64,000 nucleotides of DNA. Origin: Eledone cirrhosa. Lineage: Eukaryota. Of this stretch, positions 13,126 to 24,500 are shown one piece after another; the stretch's first letter is position 1, and each line of letters starts with the position of its first letter. Under the pieces are notes generated by a model, which did not search any database, was not told the DNA's origin, and worked only from the letters and a program-made list of their open reading frames with translations. The DNA lies in contig OZ024742.1 of the NCBI GenBank assembly GCA_964016885.1, positions 305,970,001 to 306,034,000 on the forward strand, read 5' to 3'. A program made the translations under genes and the position numbers.

Positions 13126-13367
13126 TTATTATTATTATTATTATTATTATTGAATGCTATGGTTGACGGAGGCTCGGCTCTGTAAGGTACTGTAAATTTT
13201 GAACGCTATAACAATTGTAAATTGTTTAAAACTTAGACCAACTTGTAGACAAAAACACCCTCCTCCTCGTGAGAGGGGTCTTTCTGCCCGTTATTTGGCC
13301 CTTCGGGGTTAAATAACTGCTTATTGGGGTTTTGCACCCAATATTTATTTTAAACAAAAAAAACAAC

Positions 13368-15466
13368 ATGGCTACGAAAAAGAATTTGCATAGGTCACTC
13401 CCACTCATTCCGTCTTCTTCTTCCTCAATCGTCACTACAGCAGAGAGAAGATTGTCTCTCTCCCTCCCTTCTTTAAATGTGTCTCTCTCCCTCCCTTCTC
13501 TTTCGCAAGCGACGAAAGAAAAGAAAAGTCTCGTGCAAAGCGTGCAAGGTTTCTCCACGACGACGACGACAGCGACGAAACAGGTGTGCGGGAAATACGA
13601 AAACCCAGTTCATTCGTCTGACGTCAGGAATAATAGCAGTAGCAGCCGTAATAACAACAGCAACAGTGACAATGAAAACAACAGTAGCAGCCGCAACAGC
13701 ATCACCAGCAGCATAAACAACAACAGCATTAGCAGCAGCAACACCAACAACAACCACAGCAACAGCGGCGGAGGAGGTAGTCGTAGTACCTGCAGCAACA
13801 ACAAAAGTAACAGCAGCTCTGACGACAACAACAACAACAGCAGCAAAGAAAAACCAATCTCATTTGCAGGTATTGCGAAAAACTTGTAAACAATCCTCAT
13901 AACAAATGAGGAATTAGAGGAAGCGAAGAAGATGGTGACAAAGACTGGACACCGAGCAATCTGCAAGGCAGCGGAAACATTTTTCGAAACCCAACAGCAC
14001 TGTACGGTCACGTACCGAACAGTAAGTACAAAATCCCGTAGGGTGGAAAGAGCCACAGAGGCTCAAATACAAAAAGCCTTGGGGTTTGTGTGGCAGCGGA
14101 AAACGCACATCACCCGAGGAAAAAAATATGCCACCGTAGACGTACTTTTTGCCACACCCCAGGAGGCAAAGGCCCAATCCGTAGTGACCCTAAGGAGCGA
14201 GGAAATGGTGTTGGTGCCCTCCTACTGCGGGCAAAAAATTGTGAGGTTCAAACTGACCCACGTCCCCCCCGGGATGGCCCCTTCTTGGCTGGCCGCGTCT
14301 GTCCTCGTCGGAATCGAGGACAAAACAACTGTACTGCAAGTACAGAAAAAAGTAAGAGAAGATTGGGTCGGCACCTCCATTGAGATGCTAATCCAAACCA
14401 ACCAGGAGTGCATCGAAGCTATCCCGGATGTGATAGACTTCGATAACGGCACTCAACTGCCCATAAGTGTTGAGGGAAAACGCCCGAAATGCTTTCGCTG
14501 TGGATCGAAGACTCACCTCAGGGCCTTCTGCAACGAGAAGACCCTGAGAAAGGAGAAAACCACCCTCCTTCCGAAACCGGCTCCACGGCTACCAGCAACA
14601 GGACAAGCGGCAACCAGGAACGATAGGTCCGTGGCACCCATACCCACGCCACGGAAATCAAAAACAGCAACAGCAGTGGAAATATTAACAACAACAACAG
14701 CAATACCAAATGCAGCTGCAACAGAGACTCCAGTGCAAACATCACCAACAACAACAAGTGAAAGAGTGGAGCTGGTACCCCTCCCCGACCTCACAGAATC
14801 AGACATGGAGTGTGAGGTGGGAGAGAGATGGCAAAAGGTCGTAAGAAGCCACAAACGCAGAAGCAGCGCATCGTTGCCTTTGAAAAGGGAGGAAAGAAAT
14901 GAGAAAAGGGTAAAGTCTACTGCAAAGAGACCCACAGCAGCAACACCACCAACACCATCACCACCCACACTAGCACCACCATCACCACCGGCGACAACCC
15001 CACCGCCAACAACACCTTCAACACCACCACCACAAACACCAACATCGCAAACACAACAACAAAACACACACACCCAGCAACAACGACAAGAAAATAGCAG
15101 AACCACACCCACACCCAGAAAAACAAATGCACGGAAATAAATACACACAACAAGAAACTAATGACTTACATAATTGAACACAGACATTTCACAACACGAC
15201 TACATAATACCAGCACCAATCAAAACGCCAACTAACGTAAGACTGCTAAAAATAGCACAGAACAATACACAAACATTAAAACGAAATTCCCCAACGCAGT
15301 TGGTGATTTCAGGGACCTAGGAGGAACTATCAATCGAAGAGTATATTCAGACATTCTCTTAGAAGAGCCGACGACCAGCCGAAGGGACGATTCAACGGTC
15401 CCTTCACCAGACGATCAAGTGAAAAGGGATGTAAAAACCATCCCTCCTCTACCAAAAGTACGGTAA
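13368..15466 (+). pseudogene. ORF1 of copy 3 (in-frame stop at 13887, distal disruptions)
   Basis: MATKKN start, N/S-rich tract, conserved core, RPKCFRCGSKTHLRAFC knuckle, Pro/Thr-rich tail. Confidence 0.82.
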
Positions 15467-15501
15467 GTGGTCTTTCCCATCTTTTCCACTCTATTTTAAA
15501 C

Positions 15502-16284
15502 ATGACCTCACTCAGAATAGGCAGCATAAATGCGCGTGGCTTGGAGTCGTCATGGAAGCAGGGTCACCTGCTCAACGACCTCAGGTCACTAAACATAGAT
15601 GTAGTGGCCATCAGCGAGACCAGAATCTCCGAAGCACGGGCCTTCGCACCGATCTTCGGCGGCTACGATGTGTACGCATCTCCCAGCCGTCCGGGATCGG
15701 GGGGAGGAGTTGCTGTGCTTTTTCGGAGAGGTTTGGATCTCGCCATACGGGCCATCTTCCTGGACCCAGAGGGTAAGCTGGTGGTGCTGGACGTGACCAG
15801 CGGAGACGGGCAAGCTTTCAGGCTAGTGGCCGTCTATGCCCCGACAGGAGCAGGGCGGCCTGATTTCTTCCGGCGTCTGGAGACCTTTCTTGGAACGTCC
15901 CGCTCTTTAGTGTTAGTGGGCGACTGGAACGGGATCTTAGATGCACGCTGGGACTGTGTGGGATTAGCGGATAGGGGTGGAGGGTGCAAGAGTCTCACCA
16001 ACCTGCTCAGGCGTTTTGAACTGTCTGACAGGTACCGATTGGATTTCCCGAATGCGCCAATGTGGACTTGGACAAATCGCATAGGGTCATCCAGATCATA
16101 TCTAGATAGAGTATTTTGTAGGGAAATAGATAGGTCTAGCATAGGCTGTCCACAATTCAAGATAGTCAGCTACACGGACCACAAATTCGTGATCTGTGTG
16201 CTTGACTTAGATAGGCTTCATAGACGAGGACCCGGCTACTGGAAGCTAAACGCGTCCTTACCAGGAAAAGGAAAATCAGAGTAG
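15502..16284 (+). CDS. Uninterrupted APE endonuclease domain ORF (260 aa), truncated ORF2
   Basis: All APE motifs are in one frame. The stop arises just after the deletion junction. Expression is unknown. Confidence 0.7.
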   Translation: MTSLRIGSINARGLESSWKQGHLLNDLRSLNIDVVAISETRISEARAFAPIFGGYDVYASPSRPGSGGGVAVLFRRGLDLAIRAIFLDPEGKLVVLDVTSGDGQAFRLVAVYAPTGAGRPDFFRRLETFLGTSRSLVLVGDWNGILDARWDCVGLADRGGGCKSLTNLLRRFELSDRYRLDFPNAPMWTWTNRIGSSRSYLDRVFCREIDRSSIGCPQFKIVSYTDHKFVICVLDLDRLHRRGPGYWKLNASLPGKGKSE

Positions 16285-16625
16285 AGAGGGAAGTGCTCTC
16301 TTCCCAGCATTTTGTTGAAAGATGGGTGAGAGAAGCAAGAATGGCCCGAGTGAATGGGCCTACTCTGAGTATATATCTGTAAATTAAAGGTGGAAAACTG
16401 GGAGAGGGCACTTGCCTTGGTGGTCAGGGTCATTGTGGCTTTTTACTGGGCTTTCTCCACAAATGTCCCTCCGAAGTCTCCCCCCTATTGGGGAATTTTT
16501 CTTTGTTATTTTATTTCAACCTCCGTTTTTTTTACACGCAGAAATGCCCATTTGTACCGTCCTGTATTGCCCTGTACTGTCCTTAATGTCTACTTTATGT
16601 AAACCCTTGTGGTTAATAAAGAAAA

Positions 16626-16674
<49 letters not shown>

Positions 16675-16680
16675 TTTGTT

Positions 16681-17038
16681 CTTTGAGTCTCACTCATTGA
16701 TGTTATTTAACTGGAAAGTTTGTTGAAATGAATATCAAGCCGCTACCTCGGAAGGTTCTTGCTGTTCCCAACAAGCATGCCCTTTGAAGTGTTCCAAAAA
16801 GCGGGGATGGACTAATCTTCTTTAACCACCTTGGAAACACTTTTAGATAGTACGTAGTGCGCCTATAACAATCGGGACGACCCTGACAGTTCCAAATCCT
16901 TTTTACCTCCCACTTTAAGTCCTGGTATCGGTTAAATTTCTCCCTCTCATTTTCTTGCACTCTCGTGTCAAATGGGCAGGCTACATCTACAATCAGGCAC
17001 GATCTTTTTTTCCTTGTCCAAAACCACCATGCCAGGCC
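16681..17038 (-). mobile_element. R4/Dong-like family A, copy 2 (short 3' fragment)
   Basis: Matches about 9651-10040 (ctttgagtctca...). RLE motif CLIVDVACPFD. Confidence 0.88.
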
Positions 17039-17067
17039 TATATTATTATTATTATTATTATTATTAC

Positions 17068-17186
17068 AGTTCAAATCCCGCCAAGGTTAACTTTGCCTTT
17101 CATCCTTACGGGGTCGATAAAATAAAGTACCAGTAATGTACTGGGTAATTGCTGGCCTTGTGCCTAAAGTAGAAACAATTATTATT
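17068..17186 (+). mobile_element. 5'-truncated tRNA-type SINE
   Basis: B-box-like agttcaaatccc; core cctttcatccttacggggtcgataaaataaagtaccag; apparent TSD ttattattacagtt. Confidence 0.8.
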
Positions 17187-20100
17187 ACAGTTGCATTTAT
17201 CTTGCTTTATGTTTATACGAGTTATCACCAAGTCACAACCAGTGACCTCAAGAGACAACAAGGTCCGCCATGTTCAAGAAAGAATATACATACACACATG
17301 CATATTTAGGTGTTTAGACTTGTGATGTACTTATATTGACAGAATCTTCCTTAGTATATGGGCATTTCCCATTAGTACTATCTTTTGTATTTCTCCTATA
17401 CGCGGGTTTCCTGGGATTTGCGATAAGTAATCATTTGACCCTTTAGGTATCATTCCTAAAGCGCCTACAACCACTGGTATTGTTTTAGTTCTCAATTTCC
17501 ACATTTTTCAAATTTCTATCTCCAGGTCCTTATACTTGCTCAATTTTTCAAATGTTTTTATAGATACATTCTTGTCTATTGGAACGGACCTATCAATTAG
17601 AAAGCATACACGCTTTTTAAAGTCCTTCAGTATTATATCAGGTCTATTTGCATCTATTTTTCGGTCTGTTTGGAATCTAAAGTTCCACAAGATTGAGATG
17701 TGATCTTTTTCAAGTACGGGAGGTGGTTGATGCTCCTACCAATTCTTTTGATGGGGCAGGTCATAATGCTTACACATTATCTAATGTATGTATTGTGCAG
17801 TTCTGTCGTGCCTGTTTAGATATTCGGTTGGAGCTATATGAAATTATATGATCAATGGTCTCTGGGTTTTTTTTACATACACGGCATAATGGGTTGCATC
17901 CAATTTTTATTATGTTGGCTTGGTAATTTTTTGTTGGCAGACACTGATCTTGTGCTGATATAATAAGTCCTTCAGTCTCCTCCGATTTCAGTCCAGAGGA
18001 TGCCAACCACTGATGGGTTATAGTTTTGTTAACATCAGGATTGTTAGCTCTTTCTTGGTATTTTCCATATAGAGGCTTTTCTTGCCATTTGTTTGCGAGT
18101 TTCTGTAGCAGTTCTTTCTTTGCAGTTACTTTTACCTGCTTTGCTTTTTCTGTGCTTTTCATTTCAGCAGTAAATGGAACTTCTGAAATTTGTAGTTTAT
18201 TACTGTATATTTGTGCATCTTTTGTAATGGAGTATGATCTTTTGATGCTTTCATGTTTCAAAACGAGTTTGATCATCCAATCATGTGATTCCCTTAGATA
18301 TGTAGATAATCCAATTGTTGCAGTGTTCCACGCAATATCTAACTGGATTAACCCACGTCCTCCTTCTTTCCTAGGGAGATATATTCTATCTGTATCTGCC
18401 TTAGGGTGATGCATTCTGTGCATGTATAAGGATTTTCTAATTTTTGTATCGAGCCTACGGATCTCTGTGCTTGACCAGTTGATGACATTATAACTGTAGG
18501 CAAGCGTGTTATAACTGGTATGGCATTATAACTGGTATGGCAAGCGTGTTTATGGCAACGATCCTATTCCTTGCATTCAATTCCGTTCTTAAGATTGCTC
18601 TTACTCTGCGGTAACATTCCTTCCTTATCCTTTCCCTCATTGTCGAGTGCTTGATTTCGTCTCCTTTACAAACACCTAGATATTTATATGTTTCCTCTTG
18701 ACCAAGTTCACTTATCAGATTCCCCCGATCAAGATTAATGTCTGAACTTTTCAGCAGCTTTCCTCTGGTTAACGTTGCTTTGGCGCATTTATCTAGTCAT
18801 CACTGAACTGCTCCACAGTGGATTATAGCCCTTGCAATTGTTCATCATATTTTGCAAATAGTTTCAGGTCATCCATGTAGAACAGGTGATTAATGGTTTT
18901 GTCATAGACTTTATATCCATGTTTTGTTTCATTGAGCATTTTACTTAATGGTATAAGTGCGATGCAGAATAAAAGCGGTGATAAAGAGTTATCCTGAAAA
19001 ATTCCACAATTAATATTAACTTCTCCAGCTTCCAGTGATTTTGTTTCACTATTCAAAAGGAGTGTCGTTTTCCATGTCTTCATACTGAATGACAGGAACC
19101 TCCTGACAACGGGAGATATTTTGAAAATCTCTAAACATTTTTCAATCCAATTGTGTGGCAAACTATCGAATGCTTTTTTGTAATCTATCCAAGCAATTGA
19201 TACATATTTGTGTCTATTATGACAGTCTTCCAGTATCATTTAATTACCAAAAGCTGATCTTTACAGCCATATGAGCCACGTTTACACCCTTTCTGTTCAT
19301 TGGGAAATAGATCATTTGTTATCAGATGATCATATGTATATTCAGTTAGGACTGATGTTAAAATTTTATACATTGTGGTCAAGTAAGTTATCGGTCTCTA
19401 ATTTTTGGGATTGTTTGTCTCATCATTCTTCGGAAGTAGGAATGTAGTGCCGTTAACTAGCCATGGTGGTATCTTTTCTGGCTCCTCAACCATTTCATTG
19501 TAAAGTTGGGATCACAGTTCAGGAGGCTCTGTGAATGCATTTATCCAAAAATTAGGTATTTTGTTTTTACCCGGAGATTTCCATTTGCTGGTTTTTCTAA
19601 GAGCCAAACGCAACTATTCAACTGTTATATTTTCCCATATTTGTTCCTCAAGGTGAGCTGTATCTTTCATTTGTCTGTCTATCCACGAGGCATGTATATT
19701 ATGAACTTTTTCTTCGGCCCAGATCTTTTCCCAGAATTCTTGCACTTCCTCCTTGGGTGGTATTGATTTAGCAGTTATTGTTGACTTGCCAATTTTTCTG
19801 TAGAAGTTTCTTTGGTTGTTTTTGAACATATTATTGTCCTTATAGAATCTATATCGTTTTTCAAAGCGCCTTATACAAGCAGCTTTGGCCGACACTTTTT
19901 GCTTGATTATTCCTATCAGCATGTCTATGTCACTTGTTGATTTTATACTGTATTTCGTTTTCAATTTTCAAAGTTTAGTTTGTTTAACATGTTCACCTAC
20001 TTTGTAGTTTGTTAAAATTTCTATGTCAGATCTGAGAAGTTTTATTTCGCGATTGATGTTCTCTTGCCAAGTAGATTTCTTGTGGGAATTCCTTTGTTTT

Positions 20101-21120
20101 ATTCATTTTCACACCACATAAGTGAGTGGTGACTTTAGCCGATGCATAATAGAGATGATTTAAATCAGTAATGTTTAGTTTGTTTGTGATGATAATGTTT
20201 TTGAGAATTATGTTAGACTTGTCTATTATCTTTTGGTTCTGTTTGGAGTTCTGGATCTTAGGGAGAGTGTCTCGTTCCCCATGTCAGATTCTTTCATTTT
20301 CATCCATTCCATCATAATTTCATTCTTCAAGCTGGCAAGTTAATTCTCATTCATTTCTTTATCATTTAGGATCTCATTGTTTTCATTTTTAGTTTCATCT
20401 TGATCATGCACTCCCTCCACCTTTTCGATCCTTTCTTTAATTTGTTCTGCTATCAGTGATTCCACTCGAACACTGGGATTCAAATTGTTACAATTTACCT
20501 CGGTTTCACTGACACATTTTTCATTTTCCCTTCGCTGACTTTGTGCTAATTGCTTGATCTGATCAATTTCTATATCAGTTAATAACTTTTTTTTTACAAT
20601 ATTTCTTCGTATATTGGCTAGTTTGTTACTGTCAATATAGTCTCTGTTTTCTGGATGTTTCTTTTACCAGTTGATATATGTCTGTTCTGTATTCGATCTA
20701 TTTGATGAGTAGTACATGGCAGTGTAGAAAGCCTCAAGGTCTTCTTTAGTCTTCCCTTGACCATTTTTTTCTGTGGTGAGCATGGAGGGCCAACAGTAGG
20801 AGTATTCCGGTTATGGGAGGTCTCCAGCTCCAAATTGATGGGAAGGTTTGAACCATTAGCTGATTTTTCGACTCCAGACCGGTTCCTTTCTGAGGGACGC
20901 GGCCCTTTTTGATCCGGGTGGCGGCCGATCCGGTATGAGATGTTATCATTTTACATTGACTTTATTTTGTTGCGTTTTATCCTTAACCGCCAAGGAGTAA
21001 TCATTTCGTGTTACCACTCCTAGGACGAGTGTCAACCAAGACTAGAGGGGTCGTTTTCCCCTAGAGACACGGCTATACCCTGCAGGCCGCCATCCCGGTA
21101 TTCTTGGTCACGGGTTTTTT
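17187..21120 (-). mobile_element. R4/Dong-like family B, copy 2, near full-length, degraded single ORF (about 20949 to 17331)
   Basis: N-terminal region, [45 protein letters not shown], structured 5' leader. Confidence 0.88.
20984..21114 (-). ncRNA. Candidate pseudoknotted 5' leader RNA (HDV-like order of helices)
   Basis: Pairings found by eye: gaccaaga/tcttggtt, tagccg/cggtta, gtgtc/gacac, plus internal hairpins. Catalytic residues not assigned. Confidence 0.4.
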
Positions 21121-21498
21121 TTTTAAGTTGTTATTATCATGAGTGGTTCCTTAATGTGAGCATTGCGTGGCTTAAGAATGAAATTATTATTAATAATATA
21201 ATATACTTTTTGTTGAAGTTGCCTGTTGTTATTGGCTATGTCGGTGGTTTATTCTATTGTTGGTGGGGAAGGGGGAGCCAGCAATACCATAGTCGTTGAC
21301 GTTTGACTGGATCACTAAGTCAGTCTATTTATATCTTTTGCTAGCCTCTCCCTTGTCTAGTCATACCGCCACCTCCCCCTTTCTTAAGTTAACCATTTGT
21401 ACTAAGAATTGTTATATCACAATTGTTTAAAATGTTAAAAATCAAAAAATTTACGGGAGCGATTCCATAACACTCTATCCACCACGTGCGTCTTCTTC

Positions 21499-21532
<34 letters not shown>

Positions 21533-24500
21533 GGTCTGTTCGACAGTCCTTTTAGCTCGCTCCCAGTAAGTCGCTTTATTTACCTGTTATAATTATATGT
21601 TGTTAAATTTTTCTTGTTGTGTAAGGGATATAAGCCCTTGGACTTTGCCATGTGAAAGGGAAAGTATAATATTTGGGCCTTTTGGCCCAAATATTTGAAC
21701 AATATTTGAACATTTTCTTTTGAAAATTTAAATAAAAACAAAAAGAACATGGCTGAGCCACGCACCCCAGCAATATGTCTGCTGTCGTGTGACAAGGGCG
21801 TAAAAGTTGAGAGGAGGGTTAGTGAAATTCATACAACAAACACCACCACAAACAACGTGAGCAAAGACAACAACACTGAGAACACTAATTTTAAAAACAT
21901 TACCACACCAAATACAACAATAACAGCGTCAACCAAAATACAGACAACAGAAAAAAATGACAACAAATGCAACAACGATATTAACACCACTAACAAGAAA
22001 ATAAACAACGATAACACCAACAGCAACAATACAAATTGCACCGAAAACAACAACAACGGTGGCACCAAAAACACAACCAACTACAACAGTGATAACAGCA
22101 ACACCAACACCGTTTGTAGCAGTAGCAACAGCAACAGCACCAACAACAAGACCAGTAGCAGCAGTAGCGGTAGCAATAATGGTGCCGCTGAAAAAGAGGC
22201 CTCTTCATTCACAGGTGTGGCCCGAAATATAGATACAGTGTTAGCCATGGAGGAGGAGATGGCAGTCGCAAGAAACGACAATAGAGTTTCCCTGAAACGT
22301 TCACCAGATTTCTTCAAAGACCAGCAGCTGCGCACGGTGACTTACCGCACCGTAAGCAAAATTTCATATAGGGTGGAGAGAGCCACGGAGGCTCAAATCC
22401 AAAAGGCCTTGGGGTGAGTCTGGGCGCGCAAAACCCACATCACCCGAGGCAATAAGTATGCCACAGAACACATACTTTTCGCAAGAGGTGAAGTCTCACT
22501 CTTTGGAAACCCTAAAGAGTGAGGAGATAGTCTTGGTACCCTCCTACTGCGGGCAGAAAAGTTTGAGGGTCAAAGTGACCCAGGTTCAGCCAGCTGTGCC
22601 CATACCTTGGCTGGCCGCATCTGTACTTGCTGGATCGAAGAGAAGACCACCATACTGCAAATACAGAGTATGGGAAGAGAGAACTTGTCAGGAATAGGTA
22701 TGAAAATGCTAATACAAACAGACCAGGTGTGCATCAAGGCCATCCCAGACATTATAGACCTCGAGGAATGACTCCAACTCCCTATAAGCGTGGAAGGAAT
22801 GTGCCCAAAGTGCTATCTCTGTGGGCAGAAGGGTCACCTCAGACCTTCTGCCTGCAGAAGACAGCCAAGAAGAGGGCCCGCTCATTCCGACGCCTGAGCC
22901 GCTGCTACCAAGAGCAGGGCAGGCAACAGAGGCAGAAGACCCTTCCATGGTGAGTAGTAGGGCAACGTCCGTGGCACCCATACCAAGGCCACGGACAACT
23001 AAAGCCATAGTTGCAGTAGCTACACCGACGGCAAAATCGCCGGAGCGGGCTCCACTACCACCACCAACAGCACTGGAGCTTATATCCCTCCCAGACGCCA
23101 CGGAATCCGACATGGAGTATGAGGCGGGAGGGAAGTGGCAAACTGTCTGCTTCAACGTCCCAATGCGAAAGCAAACAAAGAGGGGGAAAGTCTGCAAGGA
23201 GACTTGCAGCAACACAACCACCATCACTATCACCACCACAAGCATCACCACCAACAACAACCACACCCCCACCAGCATCACCAAAAACACCAACATCGGA
23301 AACACAACAAAACACACACACCCAAAAGCAACAACAAGAAAACAGCAACAAAATCTCCGCTCCCCCCCAAAAGTACACAGCCATAAACATGGCAAATAAA
23401 GAACTCTTACAACATATAAAGCAGCACACAGACATCACAGAAAAACCTACTACACTCACCAACACCAAGAACTCTCCTGAAAAACATAAACATAATTGAA
23501 ATCAAAATAGAACATTACAAACTGTTAAAAGAAAAATTCCTCAACGCAGTTGGAGACTTCAGAGGATATACACCGACATCTTGGAAACACCCATGACCAG
23601 CCAAAGGGACCGTTCTACTGTCCCTTCACCACACGATCAAGGTAAGTGATACTTTTTCACTTACCCCGTTTCTCATCCAATATGGCCGTACTTAGAATAG
23701 GCCGTATAAATGTACGTGGCCTGGAAGCAAGGTCACCTTCTCAACGTCCTCGGGTCACTTAACATAGAAGTGGTGGCCATCAGCGAGACCAGAATCTCCG
23801 AAGCACGACACTTCGCATCTCCCAGTCGTCTAGGATCGAGGGGAGGGGTTGCCGTGCTTTTTTCGGAGAGGCTTGGATCTCGCCATACGCCCCAACTTCC
23901 TGGACGCAGAAGGTAAATCGGTGGTGCTGGATGTGACCGGCAGCGACGGTAGCCGTCTACGCCCCAACAGAGACAGGACGGCCAAATTAAGTCAGACGTC
24001 TAGAGACCTTTCTTGGAACGTGCCGCAGTTTAGTGTTAGTGGGCGACCGGAACTGTATCTTAGATGCACACTGGGATTATGTGGGGCTAGTTGACAGGGA
24101 AGTAGGGTGTAAAAGCCCCAACAACCTGCTCAGACGTTTTGAACTGTCTGACAAGTATAGACTGGATTATCCGAATGTGCCAATGTGGATATGGGCAAAC
24201 TGCATCGGGTCATCCAGATTGTATTTAGATAGGGTATTATGTAAGGAAACAGATAATGCTAGTGTAGGTTGTCCACAATTTAATGTAGTCGACTACACGG
24301 ACCACAAATTTGTGATCTGCGAAATTGACTTAGATAGACTCCATAGGCAAGGGCCCGGCTACTGCAAGCTGAACGCGTCTTCCCGGCGCGCAAAGCTTAC
24401 GGAGACCAGATTAACGAATTAGTTAAGCGTGTGTTGGCGGGTGCGATCCTCAACAACAGGTGGTGGTTTATCCTGAAAAGGGCTATTAGAGTAGAATCTA

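Larger units (their letters stand above)
13152..16673 (+). mobile_element. Tx1/L1-clade element, copy 3 (subfamily A) with about 2.5-kb internal deletion of RT
   Basis: ORF1 + APE fused near 16264 to the ORF2 C-terminus, then 3'UTR and (TTA)n tail. Nearly identical to copy 1 on both sides of the junction. Confidence 0.92.

Noticed and set aside
13255-13290. HDV-like L3 motif tcctcgt in the copy 3 5'UTR
   Set aside because: No matching P1 or P2 partners were found. It folds as a simple hairpin.
3768-21530. Segmental duplication as the cause of the repeated Tx1/R4-A/R4-B order
   Set aside because: The Tx1 subfamilies, truncation points and deletions differ between the two blocks.
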